Positions 55,202 through 64,000 of a stretch of 64,000 bases of DNA are shown piece by piece. Under the pieces are notes generated by a model. It was not told where the DNA came from, made no database searches, and was given only the letters and a program-made list of their open reading frames with translations. Each line of letters begins with the position of its first letter. The first letter of the stretch is position 1. This DNA comes from Candidatus Pacearchaeota archaeon (lineage in GTDB: Archaea > Nanobdellota > Nanobdellia > Pacearchaeales > GW2011-AR1). The translations under genes and the position numbers were made by a program. Where the stretch lies: the NCBI GenBank assembly GCA_018303825.1, contig JAGVXK010000021.1, positions 32,001 through 96,000 of the forward strand, read 5' to 3'.

Positions 55202-55551
55202 GTTTCTATGAGAAATATTGTATATTTAAACTATTTTGTTTCCCACTTAATTATATACTAAATAATGCCACGAAAAAGAAAAAAGCAAAGGCTTTAAAAG
55301 ATAATTAAACGATTGAATCTAAACCCTTTATTAAACAAACTGGAAAACATTATTAGTTCGTGTTAAAAGATTAAGAACTATCACAAATCGCCCCTCACTG
55401 ATCATTGTCGGCGCACTCGATCCCAATGACAGCGCGCCGGCACTTTCATATTTTTTATGTATAACTAATATCCTGATGTTTGCTAAAACAACAATGTTAT
55501 AGACCGCTACGTTATATTAGATAACACTACCTTATATTTTCTGCAGGATGT

Positions 55552-57252
55552 TTAATTATAAGTAGAATTATCTTTTGCTGATTTGAGCTCTTTATAATGG
55601 TCTTTTCCTGCAGACTTATACTTTTCCTTTGCTGTCCCAAAGGCTTGTATAATAGTCGAAACAAAACTCCCTCCAAGATGATGTGGCACAATAACATAAT
55701 CTACCCCTTGTTCATACAAATCCATTGCCTGCCTTGGCTGCTCTGCAGTTGCAATAAATGTTGCCTTCGCCTTCAACTCTTTCAGCTTATCTCTAAGGGT
55801 AATATTTGCTTCTTCCTGTGGAATAGTGGAAATTATTATTTTTGCCTTATTCAATGGAAGTTCGGATAAAAAGTCTGAATCTGCGGCATCGCCATATATG
55901 CAGTTAACCCCTACCTTTTCCAAAGATAGAATAACTCTTGGATTATAATCGACAACTAGGAAATTAGCATTCTGCTTTCTTAATGTTTGCAATATTTTGT
56001 ATCCTATTCTATGGTAGCCAAACAAAATTATATCATAACTTTTATCTTTCTTCTTTTCAATTTTTCTTGTTTTGTTTTTTTCAAATATATCCAAGAACCT
56101 GGATAGTTTGTTGAATATTGAGTGGGAATAATGTATGCTGTAGCTGCTTATTCCTATGGTTATTAAAGAAATTAAAACTGCAAGATTCATGAAATCCTGA
56201 TTTAGCTGTCCAAGATTATATCCTACTAGAATTAAAACCAGGGAAAACTCCGATATTTGAGCCAGGGAAGAGCCGGTAAGGAAAGTTGTTCTTTTCTTAT
56301 AGCCAAAGAACCTTACAAAAGACATTACAATAAGCGGTTTGCATAGCAATATAAAAAGAGAAAATATAATTGCATCTCTAATTATGTTAAAAGTTACCGG
56401 GCCCATTAATTGACTTCCGAAGAATACGAACAACAAAACAACAAAGAAATCTCTTAATGGTTTTATCTTTCCTCCAAGCTCAAGAGTATATTTTGAAGAA
56501 GCCAAAGACATTCCAGCTATCAATGCCCCTATCTCCATTGACAATCCAAAAATGTGGAATATGCTTGCAAGAATAAAAGCCCAGCCAATGCCGAATAAGA
56601 ACAAGGTCTCCTGATGCCTTGCAAGATAAAAAATTAATTTATTTACCACGAATACAGAAAGAATAAATATTGCGAAAATTAAAAACACAATTTTTCCTAT
56701 TCCTAAAAAGATGGTTTCTGGATGCCCTGACTGCAATATTGGAATCAGCATTAAAACTAATGCCGCCACGAAATCTTCGATAATCAAGATTCCCAAAGCA
56801 ATCCTTCCATGTAGTGTATCTATTTCCTTTTTGTCAGATAAAATCTTTACAACCACAACAGTAGAAGAAAAAGCAAGAGCCGCTGCAAGATACAATGCAG
56901 GAGTGAACTTCAAGCCAAGAAGCAAGGAAATTAAAAATCCTAGAACTGCAGTAACCATAATTTCTCCTAGTCCGGCAAGAGAAGCAACCTTTCCAAACTC
57001 CTTCAAAACTCTTAAATCTAAACTAAGTCCGACAATAAATAACAATAATGCCACGCCCATTCTTGCAAAAACCTGCAAGAATTCTGCAGAACTCGTTCCA
57101 GGACCGACAAGAGCAAGAGCAATCGGGCCGACTAATACTCCAGAAATCAAATAAGCAATTATCGGAGGCTGTTTAATGGCTCTTGCAATGACAGTAAGAA
57201 TGGCAGCAATGCCTATGATTATTCCAATAGATATTATTATTTCAACCTGCAT
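55552..57252 (-). CDS. CPA2 cation:proton antiporter with C-terminal TrkA-N (KTN) domain, KefB/KefC-like
   Basis: LAFSSTVVVVKIL, ILIIEDF, QISEFS, IILFGYHRIG, YGDA. Confidence 0.9.
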   Translation of the reverse strand: MQVEIIISIGIIIGIAAILTVIARAIKQPPIIAYLISGVLVGPIALALVGPGTSSAEFLQVFARMGVALLLFIVGLSLDLRVLKEFGKVASLAGLGEIMVTAVLGFLISLLLGLKFTPALYLAAALAFSSTVVVVKILSDKKEIDTLHGRIALGILIIEDFVAALVLMLIPILQSGHPETIFLGIGKIVFLIFAIFILSVFVVNKLIFYLARHQETLFLFGIGWAFILASIFHIFGLSMEIGALIAGMSLASSKYTLELGGKIKPLRDFFVVLLFVFFGSQLMGPVTFNIIRDAIIFSLFILLCKPLIVMSFVRFFGYKKRTTFLTGSSLAQISEFSLVLILVGYNLGQLNQDFMNLAVLISLITIGISSYSIHYSHSIFNKLSRFLDIFEKNKTRKIEKKKDKSYDIILFGYHRIGYKILQTLRKQNANFLVVDYNPRVILSLEKVGVNCIYGDAADSDFLSELPLNKAKIIISTIPQEEANITLRDKLKELKAKATFIATAEQPRQAMDLYEQGVDYVIVPHHLGGSFVSTIIQAFGTAKEKYKSAGKDHYKELKSAKDNSTYN

Positions 57253-57543
57253 TTTTTCCCCTTTTCATTAGACTATGGTAACAAGGATAGTTTAAATTAG
57301 TTTTGATGAACCTTTTCATAGTACTCCAGAAAACACGGATGGGATTGACACTTCAGGTTATGATGGTTGGTTAAACCCTTATAGTTAGAAACAAACTACT
57401 TCCAGTTATTAAAAGACAGATTTAAATATCTTAACGATGAATGTGAATTATCATATTCATCCCGCTTCGGCTGGGATGAAGGGGCCCGAAGCACGCGGCG
57501 CCGAGGGCCCACTCATACTAATCCAGTCACACCATATGCCAAC

Positions 57544-57861
57544 ATGTTAACCCCGACACATCTTACATTCAGCCTTATTCTCTATGGCATTCTGGCAAAG
57601 TTGGGGATAGTTGCTCTTTCCCCCTATTATCTGACAATTCTGTTTTCAGCGGAGCTTATAGACTTAGACCATTTGTTTTCAAGGCCAATATATGCAAGGA
57701 AAAGAAATCCCTTCAAAATACATTTTTTCCACAAAAATTGGATTTTTATTCTTATAGTTGCAGCCACCATTATATTCATTAAACCATTTTTTCTCCTCGG
57801 GCTTGGATTGGAATTGCATCTTTTAATGGATTTTATTTATGTAAAAATGAATAAATTATAG
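57544..57861 (+). CDS. Small membrane protein, metal-dependent-hydrolase-like
   Basis: H..., LIDLDHL, HFFH, LHLLMD residue pattern. Confidence 0.7.
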   Translation: MLTPTHLTFSLILYGILAKLGIVALSPYYLTILFSAELIDLDHLFSRPIYARKRNPFKIHFFHKNWIFILIVAATIIFIKPFFLLGLGLELHLLMDFIYVKMNKL

Positions 57862-58039
57862 GTATGATAAGCGATAAGACGCCAAAGAACAAACCCCTTG
57901 TCTTCACAGCTACTAATCATCATTGAACACAACCAATTATCTAATTAAGCTAAGTTTTAAAATGACCTTTGGGAAAGCCTAGGGAAAGTTAAGGTTTCGT
58001 GACTGAAAGGTTTAAAAATGACTTTCCTTTCAGTTTAGA

Positions 58040-58348
58040 ATGGCAAAGGTAAGAATAAAATTAAGCAGCATCGATATAGGTTCCTTAAACAAGGTTATAG
58101 ATTCTATAAAAGAAATTACAGCAAGGTCTGGAGTTCTTATGAGGGGGCCAATACCCTTGCCGACAAAAAGACTCAAAGTAACAACAAGAAAATCGCCTTG
58201 TGGAAACGGAACAGCTACATTTGACAGGTTTGAAATGCGTGTCCACAGAAGAATTCTTGACATTCCGGCTGAAGACAGAATTCTGCATCCTATCATGAAG
58301 CTCAAAATTCCAAGACCTGTCCAGATTAAGATTGAGATGAAGGATTAG
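58040..58348 (+). CDS. rps10: 30S ribosomal protein S10
   Basis: GPIPLPTK, RKSPCGNG..TFDRFEMRVHRRILDI. Confidence 0.97.
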   Translation: MAKVRIKLSSIDIGSLNKVIDSIKEITARSGVLMRGPIPLPTKRLKVTTRKSPCGNGTATFDRFEMRVHRRILDIPAEDRILHPIMKLKIPRPVQIKIEMKD

Positions 58349-58356
58349 TTATTCCT

Positions 58357-58842
58357 TTACTTATTTTCTAAGTTTTGGAAAGTAAATACTTCACTCGCAA
58401 GATACCTTCCGAACCCGTTCGATACACTTCTGCCACTAAATAAACCATTTATCATTCTCAATGTAGCATTATTTATCGCAAGGCTTGTTTGTGTTTTGGG
58501 AGAACTTTCATATGCAGAAATTCCCATTCCCAACCTAAACAAATCAATAGAGTATCCTAAACGCCTCAAACTAAAACTGCCGCCAATATCGTCCCTTTTT
58601 CTCTGAATAATATTATAAATCTTTCTTAATCTTGGAAGTTTAATCCTCGAATCCAAATCAGCCAAATGCGCCCTAAGTCCGCCCCTTGAATTTTTAACAA
58701 AATCTTCATCCAAAAAACACTGCCCCAACAATATATATTTATCTGTAACCGTTTCATCTGTTAAAAATTTTGTTCTGGAATGATATCCAAGACCATTTGT
58801 AACAACATTCTCAATCTTTCTTTGTATTTCTGTTTTTTCCAT
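58357..58842 (-). CDS. Hypothetical protein
   Basis: 161-aa ORF, no motif. Confidence 0.55.
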   Translation of the reverse strand: MEKTEIQRKIENVVTNGLGYHSRTKFLTDETVTDKYILLGQCFLDEDFVKNSRGGLRAHLADLDSRIKLPRLRKIYNIIQRKRDDIGGSFSLRRLGYSIDLFRLGMGISAYESSPKTQTSLAINNATLRMINGLFSGRSVSNGFGRYLASEVFTFQNLENK

Positions 58843-58919
58843 AAATATGTTTATTGCGAGTCAATTTAAACTTAACTATTCTCTACTATAATATATATTG
58901 CAGACTGCCTCTTTTTATT

Positions 58920-59567
58920 TTAAGTTCCCAATACTCCAGAATCAAGAACATCTATAAGGTTATTGAAAATTTTTTCCTTTGGCATCACCTTTTCCAAAAG
59001 CTCTCTTGGGTGATATCCTCGGCATAAAGCAAATCCCTGAACTTCTGCCCTTTGCGCAGCTTCCATGTCAAATGTAGTATCTCCTATGTAAACAGTTCTT
59101 TCATTTTCTACTGCCAATTCATTCAATACTTCTCCTATTACTTTAGCCTTATCATAAACACCGCCTCTCATAATTGTAAAAAAATCGTCGAAGCCATAAT
59201 ATTCAGCCTCTCTAAGAACAAATTTCTCAGGATGACTGCTTACGACAGCTATTAACTTATTTTTACTGCTTAAATCTTCAAGAAATTCAGAAGCATCATC
59301 ATAGGCTTTTGGAGCTACTCCTTGCCTTTTAACATATTCAAAAAACTGGCAAAAGTCATTAATAACAGCGTCATTTTTAAAGTCTTTTTCCTGCTCCTTG
59401 TAGTATTCAAATATTGATTTCGAAGAATTTCTTATAAATTGCTCAAATTCTATTGCGGGCAACCCATATTTCATAAGCATAAGATTATTTGTTCTCCAAA
59501 CAGGAAGCAAATCATCGCTTATAGTTCCACTCCAGTCGCAGATAATCAAATCATTTCGCATTGACAC
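58920..59567 (-). CDS. HAD-superfamily phosphatase
   Basis: ICDWSGTI, VVSSH, K, YIGDTTFD. Confidence 0.88.
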   Translation of the reverse strand: MSMRNDLIICDWSGTISDDLLPVWRTNNLMLMKYGLPAIEFEQFIRNSSKSIFEYYKEQEKDFKNDAVINDFCQFFEYVKRQGVAPKAYDDASEFLEDLSSKNKLIAVVSSHPEKFVLREAEYYGFDDFFTIMRGGVYDKAKVIGEVLNELAVENERTVYIGDTTFDMEAAQRAEVQGFALCRGYHPRELLEKVMPKEKIFNNLIDVLDSGVLGT

Positions 59568-59611
59568 TGTAGCCAGGATAGGTTTTTAAACAATTATATT
59601 CTAGAAAAGAA

Positions 59612-60238
59612 ATGTCAAGAGAAATACTCGTTGTCAAAAAAGAAAAATTATTTGAAAAAAAGAATTTCCTTGGTTTCCTGCCGTTAGAAGAAGCAAACTT
59701 TATAGATATTATAAACAAAAATCATGAGTTCAAAGAGAGAAATGACGATTTAGAAAACAATCCAGATTATATCCAGGCAGTTCCATATGTCTGGCTTATC
59801 AATGAAAGGGAAAAGAAGGTATTTCTTTATCAAAGAGCCCTAAGCAAAGGAGATTATAAAGAAAAAAGACATCTGAACAAGTATTCAGGAGGCATAGGAG
59901 GACATATTGATAAGGATACAGAAGAAAAATCCCTTAATCCCCTAAGAGATGCGATGATAAGAGAGATGCGGGAAGAAACAGTCATGCAAAACTATCCAAA
60001 TCCTGAATGCCTTGGATATATTTATGTTGATTACTCTGTATTTGATAAAGTTCATCTCGGAGTTATAGCCATTGCAAAAACAGATGAAAAAGTTCGATGC
60101 GGTGATGGAATGGCTCATGGGGATTTTTACTCAATTGAGGAAGCTGAAGAAATACTAAAAAACCCTGAAAACGAAGTTGAAAACTGGACAAAAGTAAGCT
60201 GGCCCCACATCAAAAACTACCTGCAGTCTATGAATTGA
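59612..60238 (+). CDS. Nudix-fold hydrolase (predicted phosphoesterase)
   Basis: YIQAVPY, GGIGGHID, AMIREMREE, VHLGVI. Confidence 0.82.
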   Translation: MSREILVVKKEKLFEKKNFLGFLPLEEANFIDIINKNHEFKERNDDLENNPDYIQAVPYVWLINEREKKVFLYQRALSKGDYKEKRHLNKYSGGIGGHIDKDTEEKSLNPLRDAMIREMREETVMQNYPNPECLGYIYVDYSVFDKVHLGVIAIAKTDEKVRCGDGMAHGDFYSIEEAEEILKNPENEVENWTKVSWPHIKNYLQSMN

Positions 60239-60294
60239 TATTTTGCAGGATATAATTATTTATAAACTCCATTTCAACTCTATTCAAATAAAAG

Positions 60295-61386
60295 ATGGAA
60301 GACTATTTACAAATGCTAAAATATCTCCTCGTGAATGGAGACAGACAATTCAATGACCGAACAGAGCAATACATGATTGGCAGAAACAGCTATCAGTTAA
60401 GACATGATTTAAGAAATGGCTTTCCCGCCTTGACAACAAAAAGACTATTTTTCAACAGTTCTGCCGAAGAAATGTTCTGGATAATGGCTGGCAAAAGAGA
60501 TGTAAAAACCCTGGTAGACAAAAATGTGCCAATCTGGAATGATAATGCATATGATTTTTACTTAAAAAGACATCAGCTTAAAGGAAAAATAAAAAAGAAC
60601 ACCAAAGAATTGGAGGAAGGATTTGCAGAATACATGGAAAAAATAAAATCAGATCCTGAATTTGCGCGAGTTGAAGGAGATATGGGTCCAATCTATGGCT
60701 TTCAATTGAGGCACAAGCAAAGAAGAGATGGAGGAGAAATAGACCAACTTCAAAATGTTTTGTCTATTTTAAGAAAGGATCCTGGCTCCAGATACGCAAT
60801 CATGGATGCCTGGGATGTTGAAGATGTTACAACGGAAAGAATGGCTCTCGCGCCTTGCCATTTTTGGTATCAGTTTGCTGTCTGGGAAAACAAATTCCTT
60901 GATTTACATATGGTGCAAAGATCCTGCGATTCCTTCCTCGGGGTGCCATTTAATAGGTCTGGACCGGCAATCTTGGCACATTTAGTTGCAAAAGAGCTTG
61001 GATTGATTCCAAGAGAGTCCGGACACACTTTAATTAATGTCCATATATACAATGGAGTTCCACCAAGAGCAGATTTTCTTAAAAACAATGAAAATTTGAA
61101 AGAATTCAGAAATAAAGTAAGAGAAGCGACAAAGCCTGAAGATTATATGCAGATAAGACAATGGTACATAAACAAAGCTCCAGAAGAGGGCAAACTTCAT
61201 GAAAGAAAAGACCACATACCTTTTGTTTTGGAGCAATTATCAAAAACGCCTTTAGAATTGCCAAGACTAAAAATAAAATCTGACCTTCCATTGTTTGAAA
61301 TGATAGAAAGACCTGCCCTAGAAGTCTTGGAGCTGGAAGACTACAAATATCATAAATGGGACTCTAGAGCAAGAATGGCAGCATAA
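60295..61386 (+). CDS. thyA: Thymidylate synthase (ThyA)
   Basis: GFPALTTKR, GPIYGFQLR, MALAPCH (catalytic Cys), QRSCDSFLGVPFN, HIY. Confidence 0.93.
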   Translation: MEDYLQMLKYLLVNGDRQFNDRTEQYMIGRNSYQLRHDLRNGFPALTTKRLFFNSSAEEMFWIMAGKRDVKTLVDKNVPIWNDNAYDFYLKRHQLKGKIKKNTKELEEGFAEYMEKIKSDPEFARVEGDMGPIYGFQLRHKQRRDGGEIDQLQNVLSILRKDPGSRYAIMDAWDVEDVTTERMALAPCHFWYQFAVWENKFLDLHMVQRSCDSFLGVPFNRSGPAILAHLVAKELGLIPRESGHTLINVHIYNGVPPRADFLKNNENLKEFRNKVREATKPEDYMQIRQWYINKAPEEGKLHERKDHIPFVLEQLSKTPLELPRLKIKSDLPLFEMIERPALEVLELEDYKYHKWDSRARMAA

Positions 61387-61387
61387 A

Positions 61388-61879
61388 ATGTCAGAAAATC
61401 AAAACAATCTTGTTCTCATTGCTGCGCTTGCAAAAAATAATGTTATTGGCAATGAAGGCAAAGTCCCTTGGCATATATCTGAAGACTTGCAGAGATTCAA
61501 AAAATTAACAATTGGTTATTGTCTGATAATGGGAAGAAAAACCTATGAATCATTAGACAAACCATTGGAAAATAGAAAAATCATTGTTATTTCCAAATCT
61601 GGATTCGATTCAAAAAACGCCGAAATATGCAATTCACTGGAAAACGCAGTTCTAAGAGCAAGGAGCTATGACAAGGAAGATATTTATGTTGGAGGAGGAG
61701 GAGAGATTTATTCCCAAACAATTAGTCTTGCCTCGAGGTTGGAAATAACTTACGTTGGTCTTGAAGTAAAAGGAGACACAAAGTTTCCAGACATAGACAC
61801 AAAGATATGGAAGCTGGATTGGAGAGAAGTCCATCTATATAAAAATTTGGTTTTCGCTACTTATTCCAGAAGAAAGTAG
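61388..61879 (+). CDS. folA: Dihydrofolate reductase
   Basis: NVIG...VPWHISEDLQRFK, IMGRKTYES, PLENR, VGGGGEIY, GDTKFP. Confidence 0.95.
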   Translation: MSENQNNLVLIAALAKNNVIGNEGKVPWHISEDLQRFKKLTIGYCLIMGRKTYESLDKPLENRKIIVISKSGFDSKNAEICNSLENAVLRARSYDKEDIYVGGGGEIYSQTISLASRLEITYVGLEVKGDTKFPDIDTKIWKLDWREVHLYKNLVFATYSRRK

Positions 61880-61941
61880 ATTGTCTAAAATATTCTTTGC
61901 AGCATATAAATCATTTATAAGTCTCTTTTCTAAAATAATCT

Positions 61942-62622
61942 GTGGATGAAAAAAGAGGATACAAGCCGGGCCTATTCATAGTTTGGGAGGGTCCAGATGG
62001 AAGCGGAAAAAGCACTCAATTGGAGCAGGCAGCAAAAGCGATAAGAATGAAAAATAAATATCAAGACATTCTTCTCACAAGAGAGCCAACATTTAGAGCT
62101 TCGGAATTGAAAAAAATGCTGCAGGAACAATCAAATCCATTTGATGGAGGAATAGTAGATTTACACCTTTTTGTCCAAGATAGGAAGATACATACGGAAG
62201 AACAAATAATTCCGGCCTCAAATCAAAGAACCCTGGTTTTCTGTGACAGATACTCAATGTCAACTGGAGCCTATCAATCGGCCCAGGGAGTCCCGGTAGA
62301 AGATATAATAAAATATCATGAAGAGGCAAAAACCCTCACGCCAGATTTAACAATTTATGTCGACATTTCAAGAGAGGTCGCAGAGCAGAGGATGATTAAA
62401 AGAGGCGACAAGAGAGAAAAATTTGAGAATAACTCGCAATTCAATGAACTTTTAATTAACAGATACAGAGAATTAGTAGCTCTTGCCAATGCAGACATGA
62501 GAGCAAGAAAAGTCTTCGGTCCAATAGTCAGAATAAACGGCAATCAAGAAATAGAAAAAGTAACGGAAGATATTCTAAAAGTTATCATGCCTGTCTATGA
62601 TGCCTGGCTTACTGGACAATAA
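61942..62622 (+). CDS. tmk: Thymidylate kinase
   Basis: EGPDGSGKST, TREP, CDRYSMSTGAYQ, PDLTIYVD; GTG start. Confidence 0.93.
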   Translation: MDEKRGYKPGLFIVWEGPDGSGKSTQLEQAAKAIRMKNKYQDILLTREPTFRASELKKMLQEQSNPFDGGIVDLHLFVQDRKIHTEEQIIPASNQRTLVFCDRYSMSTGAYQSAQGVPVEDIIKYHEEAKTLTPDLTIYVDISREVAEQRMIKRGDKREKFENNSQFNELLINRYRELVALANADMRARKVFGPIVRINGNQEIEKVTEDILKVIMPVYDAWLTGQ

Positions 62623-62678
62623 ATATCTTTTAAGCAATTCAAAAATCTTTAAAACCCTTGTTTCTCTTTATATTTAGT

Positions 62679-62763
62679 GCCCGGATGGGACAGTGGTTAC
62701 TCCGCAAGTTTGGAGAACTTGTTACGCGCAAGCGTTTCCCAGGTTCAAATCCTGGTCCGGGCG
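62679..62763 (+). tRNA. tRNA-Ser (anticodon GGA)
   Basis: Acceptor GCCCGGA/TCCGGGC, anticodon arm CAAGT-TTGGAGA-ACTTG, long variable arm ACGC-GCAA-GCGT. Confidence 0.94.
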
Positions 62764-63004
62764 TTTTCCATTAATTCATCAATTTATCAAATTAGCTGGT
62801 GTGTTAGCTCTGCGTGGTTTTTTAAAAAAGATAAATCAACAAGATAAAAACCAGATAATTATCATTAATAGCCTCTATAAACATATTATATAAATTAAAT
62901 TATGAAAATGCGATTAAGCCACGAAAACTTAACATTCTCCAAAGTAGCAACCTTTATAAGAGAACAAAAACTTCTCAAAGTATGAAATTTCGGGAGGTAT
63001 ACAA

Positions 63005-63199
63005 ATGAAAGGAAAAGTAAAATTTTTCAACGTAGATAAGAGCTTTGGATTTATAACTGCAGAAGATGGAAAGGATTACTTTGTTCATGCTACTGGACTT
63101 AAGCCAGGAGTCTCTCTCAAAGAAGGCGATTCAGTTACATTTGACATAGAACAAGGCGACAAAGGTCCGAAAGCTACTAAAGTTTCTAAAGACAAGTAA
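63005..63199 (+). CDS. cspA: Cold-shock protein
   Basis: GKVKFFN, RNP1 KSFGFI, RNP2 YFVH, GDKGPKA; SD GGAGGT upstream. Confidence 0.93.
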   Translation: MKGKVKFFNVDKSFGFITAEDGKDYFVHATGLKPGVSLKEGDSVTFDIEQGDKGPKATKVSKDK

Positions 63200-63312
63200 A
63201 TAGTTCCAATAACTTAAAGGCAAATTACAGCTAGTCTTTAACTTTTTTTAATAATTATATTTCAAGATTTAACTTTAATAAGGTTTATAAGATAATTTTA
63301 TTAGGAAGGAAT

Positions 63313-63681
63313 ATGAAAATATCAACAATAATTCTCACTGCAATTGTAGTTGTCGCGTTAGCAGCAGGATTTTATTTTACATTAAATAATTCAAAAATAA
63401 CTGCGAATGCAATCTCTATCGAGCCAGAGATGATAAACATTAACGCTTCAAGATGGTCCTATACTCCAGACACAATAACTGTGAAGAAAGACCAGCCAGT
63501 TAAGATAATCATAAACAATCAAGATACAACTCATGGAATATCAATTCCTGAATTAGGTGTAATGGGCATTGGCTCTGTTGAATTTACTCCAAACAAGACT
63601 GGAACATTCCAGTTCCGCTGTCCGACAAGGTGCGGTGTAGACCATATTAATATGGTTGGCAAATTAATAGTAACTGATTAA
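63313..63681 (+). CDS. Membrane-anchored cupredoxin (cytochrome c oxidase subunit II C-terminal-like)
   Basis: N-terminal TM, DTTHG, CPTRCGVDHINM resembling a CuA CxxxCxxxHxxM motif. Confidence 0.8.
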   Translation: MKISTIILTAIVVVALAAGFYFTLNNSKITANAISIEPEMININASRWSYTPDTITVKKDQPVKIIINNQDTTHGISIPELGVMGIGSVEFTPNKTGTFQFRCPTRCGVDHINMVGKLIVTD

Positions 63682-63768
63682 TCTAAATTTTTAGATTATT
63701 ATTTTCTGGAATAACCTATCACATAATTTAAAAGGCCAAGTTAATTATTTCATAATCGGAGAATAAAC

Positions 63769-64000
63769 TTGAAAAAAGAAAATACAAAAAAACTCATAAT
63801 TGCAGGAATTTTCGCCTTTATCTTAATTTACCTTGTCTCTGCAGTTTATACTATTTTTGCACCATTCAATTTACAATTAGATTTCCAGGCAATTCTTTAT
63901 AAAATTGGAAAATTCATAGGACTAACAAGTTTTCTATTTATTTCTTTTCTGGTAATTTCTGGCGATAGCGCAAGATTCTTTGATAAATACTTTGGAATAG
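63769..64000 (+). CDS. Partial membrane protein, possibly ferric-reductase-like TM domain
   Basis: TTG start; MKKENTKKLIIAG...GKFIGLTSFLFISFLVISGDSARFFDKYFGI, runs off the window. Confidence 0.55.
   Translation, partial: MKKENTKKLIIAGIFAFILIYLVSAVYTIFAPFNLQLDFQAILYKIGKFIGLTSFLFISFLVISGDSARFFDKYFGI

Noticed and set aside
55389-55443. HDV-like/theta or twister ribozyme
   Set aside because: Not enough room for P3/L3 and no correctly placed catalytic C or twister 5' strand; kept only as an unknown structured element

Overview
AT-rich archaeal chromosome segment, most likely a DPANN lineage such as Pacearchaeota (inferred from archaeal-type Rpl7Ae/Rps28e/Rpl24e, Kae1, PheST, Rpp30 and BHB-intron tRNAs alongside a bacterial-type GyrA/GyrB). 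Core genes are interleaved with many short ORFans. Five tRNA genes are present: Ile-UAU with a 54-nt intron, Gln-CUG, Thr-GGU, Trp-CCA with a 13-nt intron, and Ser-GGA. The main accessory feature is an ~8.6 kb island (24711-33354) at the 3' end of tRNA-Ile(UAU), bounded by an exact 15-bp direct repeat. It carries a tyrosine integrase, a 12-bp-periodic TGTACA array, a frameshifted P-type ATPase and a three-gene operon (GpgS-like GT2 plus degenerate HAD; GT4 plus histidine phosphatase; membrane protein) that looks like an osmolyte/glycoside pathway. Also notable: a 1855-aa doubly anchored surface protein; a 1.9-kb tandem duplication of pilin-LamG adhesin modules that shares a 21-aa motif with the giant protein; a 994-aa HTH plus double metallophosphoesterase-like protein; a Nudix-thyA-folA-tmk cluster; and several GC-rich structured intergenic elements. 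No CRISPR array or rRNA was seen. All functional calls come from motif recognition by eye, without database searches.
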